Assembly (NCBI GenBank): GCA_038253685.1
Contig: JBBSGX010000003.1
Location: 1-38,894 of the forward strand
Direction: 5' to 3'
DNA length: 38,894 bases
From: Candidatus Limnocylindrales bacterium
GTDB lineage: Bacteria > Chloroflexota > Limnocylindria > Limnocylindrales > CSP1-4
The translations under genes were made by a program, and so were the position numbers. Position 1 is the stretch's first letter. Each line of letters opens with the position of its first letter. Positions 38,665 to 38,894 of the stretch are shown in pieces. The notes under the pieces are model-generated. The model saw nothing but the letters and a program-made list of their open reading frames with translations. It ran no database searches and was not told where the DNA came from.

Positions 38665-38706
38665 GGATACTCCCGGGGAGTATCCAGGCGCACAGAATGC
38701 TACGAT
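38665..38706 (+). promoter_or_regulatory. Inverted repeat (CsoR/RcnR-like operator) and extended -10 of trxB
   Basis: GGATACTCC-CGG-GGAGTATCC 38665-38685; TG-C-TACGAT 38698-38706. Confidence 0.6.
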
Positions 38707-38714
38707 GGGGCTCG

Positions 38715-38894
38715 ATGACCCAGACGCGTTTTCCCACGATTTCCATCATTGATGACGGTTCCACGGCGGCGGCCGACGTACTCGTTCCTCGCACGGCCGG
38801 CGGCAACGGCGCGTCCCCCGAACCCGGCAGCAACCACAGTCACATGGTGATCGTGGGCTCGGGCCCGGCCGGTCTCACCGCCGCCATCTACGCG
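38715..38894 (+). CDS. trxB: Thioredoxin-disulfide reductase (5' part; runs off window)
   Basis: MTQTRFPTIS...HMVIVGSGPAGLTAAIYA, the FAD-binding start typical of TrxB; only 60 codons visible. Confidence 0.75.
   Translation, partial: MTQTRFPTISIIDDGSTAAADVLVPRTAGGNGASPEPGSNHSHMVIVGSGPAGLTAAIYA

Noticed and set aside
38509-38718. 69-aa ORF upstream of trxB
   Set aside because: TTG start without SD, runs through the operator and promoter of trxB, no motif; cannot be fully excluded.

Overview
High-GC bacterial chromosomal window; gene content and style suggest Chloroflexota or Actinomycetota (inference). From left to right: the 5' ~2.3 kb of pyruvate dehydrogenase E1 (aceE, minus strand, missing from the ORF track because it runs off the window), housekeeping genes (EEP hydrolase, polyphosphate glucokinase, stand-alone 5'-3' exonuclease, DUF4260, inositol monophosphatase, DHA2 MFS), and a repeat-rich non-coding zone (8.6-10.4 kb) holding a ~195-nt structured-RNA candidate bracketed by tandem-repeat arrays. 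Next come an LLM oxidoreductase and a DeoD-type phosphorylase, then a ~15.6-kb catabolic island (12.07-27.7 kb) probably controlled by its LacI gene. The island joins a non-phosphorylative sugar-acid module (CUT1 ABC importer, mutarotase-like protein, 3 SDRs, lactonase, 2 paralogous enolase-superfamily enzymes) to a CoA-thioester module (family III CoA transferase, 2 MaoC, VOC, CitE-like lyase). The right part has an osmoprotectant-type ABC transporter, DUF1684, F420 biosynthesis genes cofD/cofC/cofE split by two lipoprotein genes (one frameshifted), an F420-type LLM, MmcQ/YjbR and the start of trxB. The best candidate for an undescribed system is the hybrid sugar-acid/CoA-lyase island with its readable operators. 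Other notable signals are the structured-RNA candidate, an apparent ATC start codon, many leaderless-type gene starts, and a CsoR/RcnR-like operator before trxB. No rRNA, tRNA, CRISPR array or transposase was recognised. All assignments come from motif reading by eye; no searches were run.
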